Positions 1 to 13,359 of a DNA stretch of 64,000 nucleotides are shown here, one piece after another (the first letter of the stretch is position 1; each line of letters begins with the position of its first letter). The notes under the pieces were generated by a model, which saw nothing but the letters and a program-made list of their open reading frames with translations, searched no databases and was not told where the DNA came from. Source of the DNA: Eledone cirrhosa (lineage: Eukaryota); assembly GCA_964016885.1 (NCBI GenBank), contig OZ024741.1, positions 270,072,001 through 270,136,000 of the forward strand, read 5' to 3'. The position numbers and the translations under genes are program-made.

Positions 1-3000
1 TTACGGGACATTGCCTCAAAACAGTGTATGTCAATACAGTGCCACTACGACTCCCTCGAGAGTTACGGGACCTTGCCATAAAACAGTGTATGTCAATACA
101 GTGTCACTACGACTCCCTCGAGAGTTACGGGACATTGCCATAAAACAGTGTATGTCAATTCAGTGCCACTACGACTCCCTCGAGAGTTACGGGACATTGC
201 CACAAAACAGTGTATGTCAATACAGTGCCACTACGACTCCCTCGAGAGTTACGGGACCTTGCCATAAAACAGTGCATGTCAATACAGTGCCACTACGACT
301 CCCTCGAGAGTTACGGGACATTGCCATAAAACAGTGTATGTCAATACAGTGCCACTACGACTCCCTCGAGAGTTACGGGACATTGTCACAAAACACCGTA
401 TGTCAATACAGTGCCACTACGACTCCCTCGTGATTTACGGGACATTGCCACAAAACACCGTATGTCAATACAGTGCCACTACGACTCCCTCGAGAGTTAC
501 GGGACATTGCCCCAACACACCGTATGTCAATACAGTGTCACTACGACTCCCTCGAGAGTTACGGGACCTTGCCATAAAACAGTGTATGTCAATACAGTGC
601 CACTACGACTCCCTCGAGAGTTACGGGACCTTGCCCCAAAACAGTGTATGTCAATTCAGTGCCACTACGACTCCCTCGAGAGTTACGGGACATTGCCTCA
701 AAACAGTGTATGTCAATACAGTGCCACTACGACTCCCTCGAGAGTTACGGGACCTTGCCATAAAACAGTGTATGTCAATACAGTGCCACTACGACTCCCT
801 CGAGAGTTACGGGACCTTGCCATAAAACAGTGTATGTCAATACAGTGCCACTACGACTCCCTCGAGAGTTACGGGACAATGCCACAAAACACCGTATGTC
901 AATACAGTGCCACTACGACTCCCTCGAGAGTTACGGGACATTGCCATAAAACAGTGTATGTCAATTCAGTGCCACTACGACTCCCTCGAGAGTTACGGGA
1001 CCTTGCCATAAAACAGTGTATGTCAATACAGTGCCACTACAAACTCCCTCGAGAGTTACGGGACAATGCCACAAAACACCGTATGTCAATACAGTGCCAC
1101 TACGACTCCCTCGAGAGTTACGGGACATTGCCATAAAACAGTGTATGTCAATTCAGTGCCACTACGACTCCCTCGAGAGTTACGGGACCTTGCCATAAAA
1201 CAGTGTATGTCAATACAGTGCCACTACGACTCCCTCGAGAGTTACGGGACCTTGCCATAAAACAGTGTATGTCAATACAGTGCCACTACGACTCCCTCGA
1301 GTGTTACGGGACATTGCCATAAAACAGTGTATGTCAATACAGTGCCACTACGACTCCCTCGAGAGTTACGGGACATTGCCATAAAACAGTGTATGTCAAT
1401 ACAGTGCCACTACGACTCCCTCGAGAGTTACGGGACCTTGCCATAAAACAGTGTATGTCAATACAGTGCCACTACGACACCCTCAAGAGTTACGGGACAT
1501 TGCCACAAAACACCGTATGTCAATACAGTGCCACTACGACTCCCTCGAGAGTTACGGGACAATGCCACAAAACACCGTATGTCAATACAGTGCCACTACG
1601 ACTCCCTCGAGAGTTACGGGACCTTGCCATAAAACAGTGTATGTCAATACAGTGCCACTACGACTCCCTCGAGAGTTACGGGACATTGCCATAAAACAGT
1701 GTATGTCAATTCAGTGCCACTACGACTCCCTCGAGAGTTACGGGACCTTGCCCCAAAACAGTGTATGTCAATACAGTGTCACTACGACTCCCTCGAGAGT
1801 TACGGGACAATGCCACAAAACACCGTATGTCAATACAGTGCCACTACAACTCCCTCGAGAGTGACGGGACATTGCCATAAAACAGTGTATGTCAATACAG
1901 TGCCACTACGACTCCCTCGAGAGTTACGGGACAATGCCACAAAACACCGTATGTCAATACAGTGCCACTACGACTCCCTCGAGAGTTACGGGACATTGCC
2001 CCAACACACCGTATGTCAATACAGTGCCACTACGACTCCCTCGAGAGTTACGGGACCTTGCCATAAAACAGTGTATGTCAATACAGTGCCACTACGACAC
2101 CCTCAAGAGTTACGGGACATTGCCACAAAACACCGTATGTCAATACAGTGCCACTACGACTCCCTCGAGAGTTACGGGACAATGCCACAAAACACCTATG
2201 TCAATACAGTGCCACTACGACTCCCTCGAGAGTTACGGGACCTTGCCATAAAACAGTGTATGTCAATACAGTGCCACTACGACTCCCTCGAGAGTTACGG
2301 GACATTGCCATAAAACAGTGTATGTCAATTCAGTGCCACTACGACTCCCTTGAGAGTTACGGGACCTTGCCATAAAACAGTGTATGTCAATACAGTGCCA
2401 CTACGACTCCCTCGAGAGTTACGGGACATTGCCACAAAACACCGTATGTCAATACAGTGCCACTACGACTCCCTCGAGAGTTACGGGACCTTGCCATAAA
2501 ACAGTGTATGTCAATACAGTGCCACTACGACTCCCTCGAGAGTTACGGGACAATGCCACAAAACACCGTATGTCAATACAGTGCCACTACGACTCCCTCG
2601 AGAGTTACGGGACATTGCCATAAAACAGTGTATGTCAATTCAGTGCCACTACGACTCCCTCGAGAGTTACGGGACCTTGCCATAAAACAGTGTATGTCAA
2701 TACAGTGCCACTACAAACTCCCTCGAGAGTTACGGGACAATGCCACAAAACACCGTATGTCAATACAGTGCCACTACGACTCCCTCGAGAGTTACGGGAC
2801 ATTGCCATAAAACAGTGTATGTCAATTCAGTGCCACTACGACTCCCTCGAGAGTTACGGGACCTTGCCATAAAACAGTGTATGTCAATACAGTGCCACTA
2901 CGACTCCCTCGAGAGTTACGGGACCTTGCCATAAAACAGTGTATGTCAATACAGTGCCACTACGACTCCCTCGAGTGTTACGGGACATTGCCATAAAACA

Positions 3001-5350
3001 GTGTATGTCAATACAGTGCCACTACGACTCCCTCGAGAGTTACGGGACATTGCCATAAAACAGTGTATGTCAATACAGTGCCACTACGACTCCCTCGAGA
3101 GTTACGGGACCTTGCCATAAAACAGTGTATGTCAATACAGTGCCACTACGACTCCCTCGAGAGTTACGGGACATTGCCATAAAACAGTGTATGTCAATAC
3201 AGTGCCACTACGACTCCCTCGAGAGTTACGGGACATTGCCATAAAACAGTGTATGTCAATACAGTGCCACTACGACTCCCTCGAGAGTTACGGGACCTTG
3301 CCATAAAACAGTGTATGTCAATACAGTGCCACTACGACTCCCTCGAGTGTTACGGGACATTGCCATAAAACAGTGTATGTCAATACAGTGCCACTACGAC
3401 TCCCTCGAGAGTTACGGGACCTTGCCATAAAACAGTGTATGTCAATACAGTGCCACTACGACTCCCTCGAGAGTTACGGGACATTGCCATAAAACAGTGT
3501 ATGTCAATACAGTGCCACTACGACTCCCTCGAGAGTTACGGGACCTTGCCATAAAACAGTGTATGTCAATACAGTGCCACTACGACTCCCTCGAGAGTTA
3601 CGGGACCTTGCCATAAAACAGTGTATGTCAATACAGTGCCACTACGACTCCCTCGAGAGTTACGGGACCTTGCCACAAAACAGTGTATGTCATTACAGTG
3701 CCACTACGACTCCCTCGAGAGTTACGGGACATTGCCCCAAAACAGTGTATGTCAATACAGTGCCACTACGACTCCCTCGAGAGTTACAGGACATTGCCCC
3801 AAAACAGTGTATGTCAATACAGTGCCACTACGACTTCCTCGAGAGTTACGGAACATTGCCATAAAACAGTGTATGTCAATACAGTGCCACTACGACTCCC
3901 TCGAGAGTTACGGGACATTGCCCCAAAACAGTGTATGTCAATACAGTGCCACTACAACTCCCTCGAGAGTTACGGGACATTGCCCCAAAACAGTGTATGT
4001 CAATACAGTGCCACTACGACTTCCTCGAGAGTTACGGGACATTGCCATAAAACAGTGTATGTCAATACAGTGCCACTACGACTCCCTCGAGAGTTACAGG
4101 ACATTGCCCCAAAACAGTGTATGTCAATACAGTGCCACTACGACTCCCTCGAGAGTTACGGGACATTGCCCCAAAACAGTGTATGTCAATACAGTGTCAC
4201 TACGACTCCCTCGAGAGTTACGGGACCTTGTCATGAAACAGTGTATGTCAATACAGTGTCACTACGACTCCCTCGAGAGTTACGGGACCTTGTCATGAAA
4301 CAGTGTATGTCAATACAGTGCCACTACGACTCCCTCGAGAGTTACGGGACATTGCCCCAAAACAGTGTATGTCAATACAGTGCCACTACGACTCCCTCGA
4401 GAGTTACGGGACCTTGCCATAAAACAGTGTATGTCAATACAGTGTCACTACGACTCCCTCGAGAGTTACGGGACCTTGCCATAAAACAGTGTATGTCAAT
4501 ACAGTGCCACTACGACTCACTCGAGAGTTACGGGACCTTGCCCCAAAACAGTGTATGTCAATTCAGTGCCACTACGACTCCCTCGAGAGTTACGGGACAT
4601 TGCCTCAAAACAGTGTATGTCAATACAGTGCCACTACGACTCCCTCGAGAGTTACGGGACCTTGCCATAAAACAGTGTATGTCAATACAGTGTCACTACG
4701 ACTCCCTCGAGAGTTACGGGACATTGCCATAAAACAGTGTATGTCAATTCAGTGCCACTACGACTCCCTCGAGAGTTACGGGACATTGCCACAAAACAGT
4801 GTATGTCAATACAGTGCCACTACGACTCCCTCGAGAGTTACGGGACCTTGCCATAAAACAGTGCATGTCAATACAGTGCCACTACGACTCCCTCGAGAGT
4901 TACGGGACATTGCCATAAAACAGTGTATGTCAATACAGTGCCACTACGACTCCCTCGAGAGTTACGGGACATTGTCACAAAACACCGTATGTCAATACAG
5001 TGCCACTACGACTCCCTCGTGATTTACGGGACATTGCCACAAAACACCGTATGTCAATACAGTGCCACTACGACTCCCTCGTGATTTACGGGACCTTGCC
5101 ATAAAACAGTGTATGTCAATACAGTGCCACTACGACTCCCTCGAGAGTTACGGGACATTGCCACAAAACAGTGTATGTCAATACAGTGCCACTACGACTC
5201 CCTCGAGAGTTACGGGACATTGCCACAAAACACCGTATGTCAATACAGTGCCACTACAACTCCCTCAAGAGTTACGGGACCTTGTCATGAAACAGTGTAT
5301 GTCAATACAGTGCCACTACGACACCCTCAAGAGTTACGGGACCTTGCCAT
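1..5350. repeat. 62-bp tandem satellite, about 86 copies in the window (continues off the left edge)
   Basis: Unit TTACGGGACATTGCCATAAAACAGTGTATGTCAATACAGTGCCACTACGACTCCCTCGAGAG with an XhoI site CTCGAG in most units. Ends abruptly at ...ACCTTGCCAT followed by ACATATATG. Confidence 0.98.
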
Positions 5351-5487
5351 ACATATATGATGAGGTGTAAAGCACTTTTGAGTTCTGCTTGTGTTCTGCT
5401 TTATGAGATTTCTGAAAACTAGGATGTGTTGCAAATGTGTATATGTGTGTGTGTTTATGTGCATATGCATATATTTATATGTGTGAG

Positions 5488-5751
5488 TATTCTTTTATTC
5501 TTTTATTCTTTTACCTATTCCAGCAATACGGCTGAGGCTATGCTGGGGTAGCGCCCTTGTTGCTACACATTCTATCTCCAGCCTGTGTTGGCTGGTCATT
5601 GTTGCAAGGGGGAGTTCGTTGCTGCTGCCCTTAGGTTACCTTCGTACCGTGGTGTGGGCTCATCCGGGATCCTGGAGAGCAGGGTGCCGAGATGTTTCTT
5701 GAAAACATCCATGTCCACAACATGCAGATCTCTCAAATCCCTTGGGATTGA
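5488..5751 (-). mobile_element. CR1-group LINE 3' end (ORF2 C-terminus, 3' UTR and short tandem tail)
   Basis: Minus-strand IPRDLRDLHVVDMDVFKKHLGTLLSRIPDEPT...RAAATNS resembles the FK..LD.FL..IPD.P C-terminus of CR1-type ORF2. Ends in an (AATAAAAG)n-like tail; 5'-truncated at a TA tract. Confidence 0.7.
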
Positions 5752-6654
5752 GTATATAAATATATATAGAGAGAGAGTTGAGTATATAAATATATATATA
5801 TAAATATATATATATGTGTTTGCGTGTTTATATTTATATATAAATATATATAAATATAAACACGCAAACACAGACACACTTACAAAAATACACACTCACA
5901 GACATACATTCACACAAATACACATATATTCACACAAACACATATATATTTACACATACACATACATTCACACATCGTAGCAAATGGAACGCCAGCCGCT
6001 GTTTTGCTCTTGTTTTTTACCATCTCATTGTGTGACGGGCGGAATTCACTCAAATTTATATATAAATGTGTTCTTCTATTCTATAGTTAGTATTCATCAG
6101 ATTTATATAATACATTTTATGTTCAGTTTGATTTTTAATAACTCTAGTTTCGTGTAGTTGAAGTATTGCATTTCTTTCTATGAGTTGATGTACGTGGGGC
6201 ATTGATTTCTTTTGGCAATTGTCTTCTAAGTAGAGATTTCACTCCTAACACTTTATAGCTGAATATAACTTCACTGTCTCTATGTGCGTATATGCATTTA
6301 TTATTATCTTCAGAGTAAAGGAATATGATATATCTATATATATCTAAAGTTTTTATCGTTGCGCTTATGTCTCGAAATGGAGGTATTGTACACTGTAAGA
6401 TATATTTACACTGTTCTTCTGGATATTAAGTTTTTAAGACTGTTGATTTCTATGTCTTTCTCTTATCTAACGACATGTTTCAGTGTGACCATTGCGACAA
6501 ATATATCATCAACATATAACATATATTCATGTCTTACTAACACTTTTGTTTTCTACTGTAACCATGTACAACCTATGGCCGTTATTCTCTCATATTGTTT
6601 TCTCTCCCTCCCTTCCACAATTCTCAGTGGCTCCCCGACTTAATAGTTATATAA

Positions 6655-6708
<54 letters not shown>

Positions 6709-6711
6709 AAT

Positions 6712-6814
6712 TGTTTCTACTTTTGGCCCAAGGCCAGCAATTATCCTAGTGTATTACTGGTACTTTATTTTATCGATCCCGTAAGGATGAAAGGCAAAGT
6801 TAACCTTGGCGGGG
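6712..6814 (-). mobile_element. tRNA-derived SINE family A, 3' fragment
   Basis: Reverse complement matches the 3' half of the copies at 13593-13786 and 37985-38152 (GTTAACTTTGCCTTTCATCC...GATAAAATAAAGTACCAGTAA...AATTGCTGGCCTTG). Confidence 0.8.
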
Positions 6815-6914
6815 CCGTATAATATATATATATAAGGAACGATCGACTTTCGTCAAATCGGACCGAGGAAACAATGTTTCATTTGGTCATTCCAGTTGCT
6901 AATACTATCTATCA

Positions 6915-7159
<245 letters not shown>

Positions 7160-7160
7160 C

Positions 7161-7250
7161 ATGACTGTCTTTCACTATTTAGGGTTTGTATAAAAAATAT
7201 ATTGCCATAAAAGGTTTTATTACATACATAACCATAAATAGTATCCTTAA

Positions 7251-7304
<54 letters not shown>

Positions 7305-7394
7305 TTAAGGATACTATTTATGGTTATGTATGTAATAAAACCTTTTATGGCAATATATTTTTTATACAAACCCTAAATAGTGAAAGACAGTCAT
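7161..7394. repeat. Perfect 234-bp palindrome centred on a (TA)n tract
   Basis: 7161-7254 (ATGACTGTCTTTCAC...CCTTAATACT) is the exact reverse complement of 7301-7394. The (TA)n centre is itself self-complementary. Confidence 0.95.
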
Positions 7395-7463
7395 TAATTA
7401 CTATCTTATTACCAGTAAGATAAAGAGCTTAATGTAATAACATCGGTTGTTTTACAGAGCAGT

Positions 7464-7624
7464 TATATAGAGATTACAATAATCAAAGTTCAGTTTAAAT
7501 CATTTATTTGCTTACAATTGTTTCCTCCAAACCGAGGTTTGGATTCTTCGGAGTAAGCAAATAAATCTTCTTGTAAGCAAATAAATGATTTAAACTGAAC
7601 TTTGATTATTGTAGTCTCTATATA
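7464..7624. repeat. Inverted repeat with 54-bp arms around a hammerhead-containing spacer (Penelope pLTR-like fold-back)
   Basis: 7464-7517 versus 7571-7624, one mismatch. The right end runs into a TA/TG microsatellite. Confidence 0.85.
7502..7566 (-). ncRNA. Minimal type-I hammerhead ribozyme (C4 variant)
   Basis: Minus strand: ATTTATTTGCTTACT-CCGAAGA-A-TCCAAACC-TC-GGTTTGGA-G-GAAAC-AATT-GTA-AGCAAATAAAT. Stem II is 8 bp, stem III is the palindrome ACAATTGT, the cleavage triplet is GUA, and the flanks are complementary (stem I). Confidence 0.7.
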
Positions 7625-7628
7625 TATA

Positions 7629-7705
<77 letters not shown>

Positions 7706-7716
7706 GCGTGTGTGTC

Positions 7717-7787
<71 letters not shown>

Positions 7788-7980
7788 ATACATATATATA
7801 CATATGTAGATACATATATATATATATATTTACAAATATATATATACATATAAATATATATATATATATATATATACATATATATACATATATATATATT
7901 TGTATATATATATGTATATATATACATATATATATATATATTTGTATATATATGTATATATATACACACACACACATATA

Positions 7981-8468
7981 TAACTTTAACTTTGAATAAC
8001 TTTGAAATGTTTTGGCCAGTATTGGCCCAGGCCATGTCTAACTTAATAGCACCACCTGGCGAAGTCTTTCAATTCAGGATTTGGGCACCATGGCCCATTC
8101 GAGAAGAGGAATTACTGTTTGCGGAGACATATCCGGGTGTGGGTGGTTTGTCTGGGATTACTTGGAGGAATTTGTCCAAAAACTTCTTGAATTTTGTGTA
8201 GTCAGTTTCTGTTTTGACGTGTCCTGATGTTGAAGAGAGCAGGGCCAATTGAGGTGAAATAATTGTGCCGTATTGTTGTTATGAGTTGCAATTTAGATTT
8301 TTGTTTGGGACGGATAGCACGGGGCCCAAGCCTTGGGTGTATTTTGAAGGTGATGCCAACATCATTTGGGCAGTGCTGATGAAACATTTTCCACATCATG
8401 CAGATAATATAACGCACACGGCGACGTTGGAGTGAGTAAAGTTTCAGCTTTTCTAGTCGACCCCAGTA
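7981..8468 (-). mobile_element. CR1-group LINE 3' end, second family
   Basis: [27 protein letters not shown]...GPALFN, then after a frameshift KFKKFLDKFLQVIPDKPPTPGYVSANSNS. Short tandem tail (TTCAAAGTTA-like); 5'-truncated at a TA tract. Confidence 0.8.
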
Positions 8469-8483
8469 TATATATATATATAG

Positions 8484-8553
<70 letters not shown>

Positions 8554-8621
8554 TTGCCCATTGAGTGCGCTGAGATACAACCGGTACTGGCATTGATAAA
8601 TATGGTGTGTCCGTCAACCCT

Positions 8622-8748
<127 letters not shown>

Positions 8749-8969
8749 TTTGTGTGTGTATGAGTGTGTGTGTGAGTCCCAGATTCAACCGGCGATAACC
8801 ATAGTAAGTAAGGTAGTCAATACATTAGTAGAGTGTTTAATATAGAAATATCTTCTACAGGACTAGAACTGTTTCATTCAAAAGAAATCATCTAGTCCTC
8901 TAGAAACCATTTCTACATTAAACATCATATATATTTTATTTTTATTTTTCTCTTAAGTCAGAAGGATCA

Positions 8970-9205
8970 TTTGGCCGGTCTTTATCCCGGTTTCATGGCG
9001 TGAAGCGACTGAGAGTACAAGACTGCCCATTGGGCAGGACGCCAGTCCATCGCAGAGTTAAACCCCCGGCAATTGCTGGTACTCATTTTCAGCTGAGTAT
9101 ACTGGAGCAACGTGAAATGAAGTGTTTTGCTCAAGAACACAACACACAACCCAGGAATCGAACCCACGACATTATGATCGTAAGTCCAATACCCACCAGG
9201 CCAGG
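8970..9205 (-). mobile_element. SINE family B with 3' extension
   Basis: GGTTCGATTCC B box and the GTGTTCTTGAGCAAAACACTTCATTTCACGTTGCTCCAG core. The extension ATGGACTGGCGTCCTGCCCA...GCTTCACGCCATGAAACCGGGATAA is shared with 12905-13210 and 37765-37850. Confidence 0.8.
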
Positions 9206-9214
9206 TATATATAC

Positions 9215-9281
<67 letters not shown>

Positions 9282-9351
9282 CATTATAAAGAAAGAAGAA
9301 ACATTATATATAAATAAAAAGATATAATATACCTAGATTCCTTCATTATCC

Positions 9352-9440
9352 TCGACTACGCAGTTTCGTGGCTATTATGCAAAAACATTATATCATAGAG
9401 ATGCAGTATTTTTGTGAGGTTTGCCGACTTATCAAGAAGA
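9352..9440 (-). ncRNA. Degenerate hammerhead-like motif (U3-A8 core) in a pLTR-like relic
   Basis: Minus strand: TCTTC-TTGATAA-GTCGGC...GCCAC-GAAAC-TGC-GTA-GTCGAGG. Stem II closing pairs and AC/GT stem III are present; stem I is poor. Confidence 0.4.
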
Positions 9441-9881
9441 TACTTCATTTAGAGTTTCAAAATAGGTCCGTAGGACACGAGATAGAATCCCGAAAGGCGG
9501 AGGGGGAACTTATCACGTGATACAGCGGTCAAGAAACAGAGCTAAGCCTCTTAAAACCAAGAGAAAAATACCACAAAAGGCGGAGGGGGTATTTATGTCA
9601 AGGCCGTAGAAGAGTTGACTAGGAGGGCGAGAAGTGTGATTAGTGTAAGCTTAACAGCAGTCACTATACTTCAGTGGTTACTCTACTGTAGGGAGTTATA
9701 AACAATATAAAGAAATACACAGACACATGTGAATACATACAAATACATGCATATACCCACATATATCCCTGAATTTGTGTGGTGCCAACTAGTAACACCA
9801 TTATTCAACGAAGTACTCGATACTTGGGATAGTAGAATGTTACTATATTAGAGAGAATCGAGGCCCTACGGCTGGGCTCTT

Positions 9882-9928
9882 GCCATTTCGACAGCTAATT
9901 CCAGAGTGGAATTAGCTGTCGAAATGGC
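9882..9928. repeat. Perfect 22-bp inverted repeat with a 3-nt loop
   Basis: GCCATTTCGACAGCTAATTCCA-GAG-TGGAATTAGCTGTCGAAATGGC. Confidence 0.9.
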
Positions 9929-10029
9929 CTGAACTTTTTTATGTGAACATTAGAACTAGTTTCTGATCTAATTAGGCAGTACTTGAAACATAAACTAAAC
10001 ATGATTTACTAATAATATTCAGACTTGGT

Positions 10030-10290
10030 AGTACTGAAATGACCGTTTATTTATACTTACCATTTGTAACCTACAGATAGAATTAGGAAAGATCTTCACC
10101 TATTCGTTAAAAACTCACAATTATCTATTACTTTAGAAGCTAATATTAAGATGGTTGACCTCCTTGATGCAACACTTAAACAGTTAAACTAAATTATTAT
10201 CTCTACTACCTTTATTGTAAAATCAATATGATGAAATTATATAAACAAGTGAAATTATATAACAAAATCTTAGTTAAGAATAGTTCAAAT
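10030..10290 (+). pseudogene. Decayed Penelope-like reverse transcriptase fragment
   Basis: From 10076 translates DRIRKDLHLFVKNSQLSITLEANIKMVDLLDATLK, matching the Penelope RT thumb-proximal pattern (RIKK...F...GL.ITIE.N.K.V.FLDVTL). Stops and frameshifts on both sides. Confidence 0.6.
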
Positions 10291-10452
10291 ATGTTGGCCT
10301 AAGCGTAAACCTATTCAAAATAAGGTACTATCAACAAGTACAGTCATTCAAGAACCCAGCAAATACAAATGAAGCTTCGTTATCTGCGTACTTGTGGTAG
10401 CATAAAAACAGTAATACCACTTAAAAACAATAATACCAATGCAAACCCTTAG

Positions 10453-10796
10453 AGAGGAACCTCAGTTCGCGAACGCCTCCCATCACGAACAAATGGGTTT
10501 ACGAACAATTTTTCCAAACATATAACGTCTTAGTTCACGAACGGTGTCTCGAGTAACGAATATGCAAGCCGGCAACAACGGTTGGCGACAAGCTGGGAGT
10601 TTCGATGGGAAAGCGTCACTTGCTGTGTAAGTTAGTTGCTATGGTGATATTTATCAGTTGTTTTCAAACACAGTCTATTTCCTACTGCATTTCTCTCTCA
10701 ACATTTCGTATGGCAAAAAAATGTTTCGGTTTACGAACATTTCGAGCGACGAACGGTCTTCAGGAATGAATTAAGTTCGTGAACCGAGATTCCCCT
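10453..10796. mobile_element. Tigger/pogo-like non-autonomous DNA transposon (MITE)
   Basis: Terminal inverted repeats AGAGGAACCTCAGTTCGCGAAC and GTTCGTGAACCGAGATTCCCCT (18/22 match), resembling CAGTGGAACCTCGG-type Tigger TIRs. Multiple internal ACGAAC motifs; no ORF. Confidence 0.65.
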
Positions 10797-11515
10797 AATT
10801 TGGAACCGTGTTTCTTATATATTTATGCACTGGGGAAACTCTGTCTGCCAAGGACCCCTTCTCGATAGAAACTCTGAACGAATAACTTTCTGTAAACATA
10901 ATATACGAAACATTGAATTTTGAAAAGTTTCAGGCTTTGGGTAAACGAAAATACGGGAGAATCAGTTAATTATAATTTTATTCAACATATTCCCTTCTCA
11001 GATGCACAAACTTATTGCATCGGCCCTTCGGTTTTTCTAAGCCCTGTAAAAAAAACTCGAAGGTTGGGCCTTTATCCAGGCCTCTTAAATACCCTTAAAG
11101 CCAGGGACTTTTCAGCATGTCCTTGTATATACTGTTTCAACCAGGATTATATTGAAATTGTTAAGTTTTTCTATATCATTCATTGACAGTAAATGTACCA
11201 CTAAATATTTAATCGATACCCATATAATTGCCGTTTCATACATTTCTTAAGTTTTTTTTTTTTCTATTTTCAATATTCTATATTTTCATTTCCTTAATTT
11301 CTGTTGAAAATAATTTCCTAGCGTCTATCATTTCGATCTATTCATAAAAGTAAATTTAAAATTGATTCGATAAGAGCACAACTAAAATAGTTTAACAGGA
11401 AATATCGCCAAAGTTTATTTCACTACCAACACTTTCAATTATAGGTGATAGTCATAATTACCGTTTCAGCAACACTCATTTTAAAATCTATTTCTTCATA
11501 TGAAGTTTCATATAT

Positions 11516-11650
<135 letters not shown>

Positions 11651-12091
11651 ATCTACGTATGTATATATCTGCTCGTATGTGTCTACATATGTGCATATAC
11701 ACATACATGCATACATTAAAAAATACATACATACAAACATACATACATACATGTATACATTCATACATTTATACATACATACAAGCATGCATACATACAT
11801 ACATACATACATACATACATACATACATACATACATACATACAACAAAAGGGATCGATATGATCAACTAAATCACTTGAACGCTGTGCCCTACTATGGCC
11901 TCAGTTTAATGACTAAAACTAGAAAAAGAATGTTTTCTCCAAAATGGTTGACTTAATACACACGTGCTTTTTTTTTCCTTTCCTTTGTCTTCTCCCTCTT
12001 TATTTATCAATCGGATTTCGTAATGGTTAAGCTCCAAATACGATCAGACACGTGGTTTCCTTAATGACGGGAGATATCTAAGTACAGTTTT

Positions 12092-12227
<136 letters not shown>

Positions 12228-12339
12228 TTTCCAAAATGGTGAACTGAACACACATTCTTTTTCTCCAAAACATTTTTTCCGTTTCTTTCTCTTTTCATTC
12301 TCCTCTATCTTTCTATTTAATCTTTTATTTTTCATTCTA

Positions 12340-12375
12340 TTTTCTGATGAAGAACTAATGTCCGAAACATAAAGA
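12340..12375 (+). ncRNA. Minimal hammerhead ribozyme, partly decayed
   Basis: TTTT-CTGATGA-A-GAAC-TAAT-GTCC-GAAAC-ATA-AAGA. Canonical core boxes; stem II has one mismatch; stem III is ACAT (from ACGT). Same design as 31196-31231. Confidence 0.6.
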
Positions 12376-12894
12376 TTCTTTTACTACTATATCAAGCGTT
12401 AAACTAATATATTTTTAGTGTGTCTTCTTTTTTCCTTTCCTAAGATAGCAGGATATGATTTGAGGAAGATTTAGCTGTTATTTTTTTCAGCGCATCTCCC
12501 TCACTGTCCTCCGGGATAACGTTTTCTCGATTCTGTCTACTGGGACCGAGATAGCATAAGCCTGGGGTTTGGAGAGGCAGAGCATGAAAATGGGGAGGGA
12601 GAGGGATAGCCTGATAATTCTTCATTGGCTGGTTCGTACTGTTAACATTGGCCATTGCATATACACATAAAGGCTTGTTGAGTTAAAAACACATTAAGAG
12701 GGTGTTGTAGTTTGCTTGAAGCATTGCGTGTAGTATAGAAAGTAGAGTGTTATTTAGAGGATGCGACAATCTGAAATGGACGGTAAATTTCAAATAAATT
12801 GAAGGCAACGAAGATGTTTGTGCATTACCAGGTACTTTATTTATCTGTCCTTATATTTTGTTTAAATCTAAAATCTGTCTGGGGCCAATGGCTC

Positions 12895-13210
12895 GTGAGG
12901 CCAGTTCTTATCCTGGTTTCCGTGGCGTGAAGCAGCTGAGAATACAAGGCCTCCCACCCCCATCCCCGCCACTGGATAGGACGCTAGTCCATCGCAAGGT
13001 TAAAATCTGTCTCGAGGCTGGATCCACACCAAACCAGTACTTATCCCAGTTTCCGTGGCGTGAAGTGACTGTGAGTTCAAGACTCCCTTCATGGACAGGA
13101 CGCCACTCCATCGCAGGGTTAAACCCCCAGCTATTGCTGGTACTCATTTTCAGTTGAGTATACTGGAACAGCGTGAAATGAAGTGTTTTACTTAAGAACA
13201 CAGCACACCT
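12895..13210 (-). mobile_element. SINE family B 3' part with an internal duplication
   Basis: CCAGT..TTATCC.GTTTCCGTGGCGTGAAG...AGGACGC..TCCATCGCA.GGTTAAA occurs twice (about 12901-13005 and 13035-13123), then the family-B core. Confidence 0.75.
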
Positions 13211-13359
13211 TATATTTTAGGATTTAGTTCATTTATCTGTCTTAATATTTCGGAATTAAAATCCCGAAATACAAAAACGGGTATTCTCAGGGCCTGAATA
13301 ATCGTCTCCACCCACACCCACACCCACTCCTCACACCCACCCCTCACCCCACTCCCCAC

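Noticed and set aside
1-5350. CRISPR-like appearance of the tandem arrays (also 38212-64000)
   Set aside because: Units are contiguous with no unique spacers, there are no cas genes, and the context is eukaryotic.
11-5370. Many 60-349 aa ORFs with Cys/His-containing repeats (QCMSIQCHYD...)
   Set aside because: They are translations of a 62-bp non-triplet satellite in rotating frames. Stops appear wherever the common CCATAA variant occurs, and there is no splice or codon evidence.
6300-6390. Possible decayed pLTR/HHR (…CTCGAAATGGAGGTA)
   Set aside because: Too degenerate; there is no CUGANGA box.
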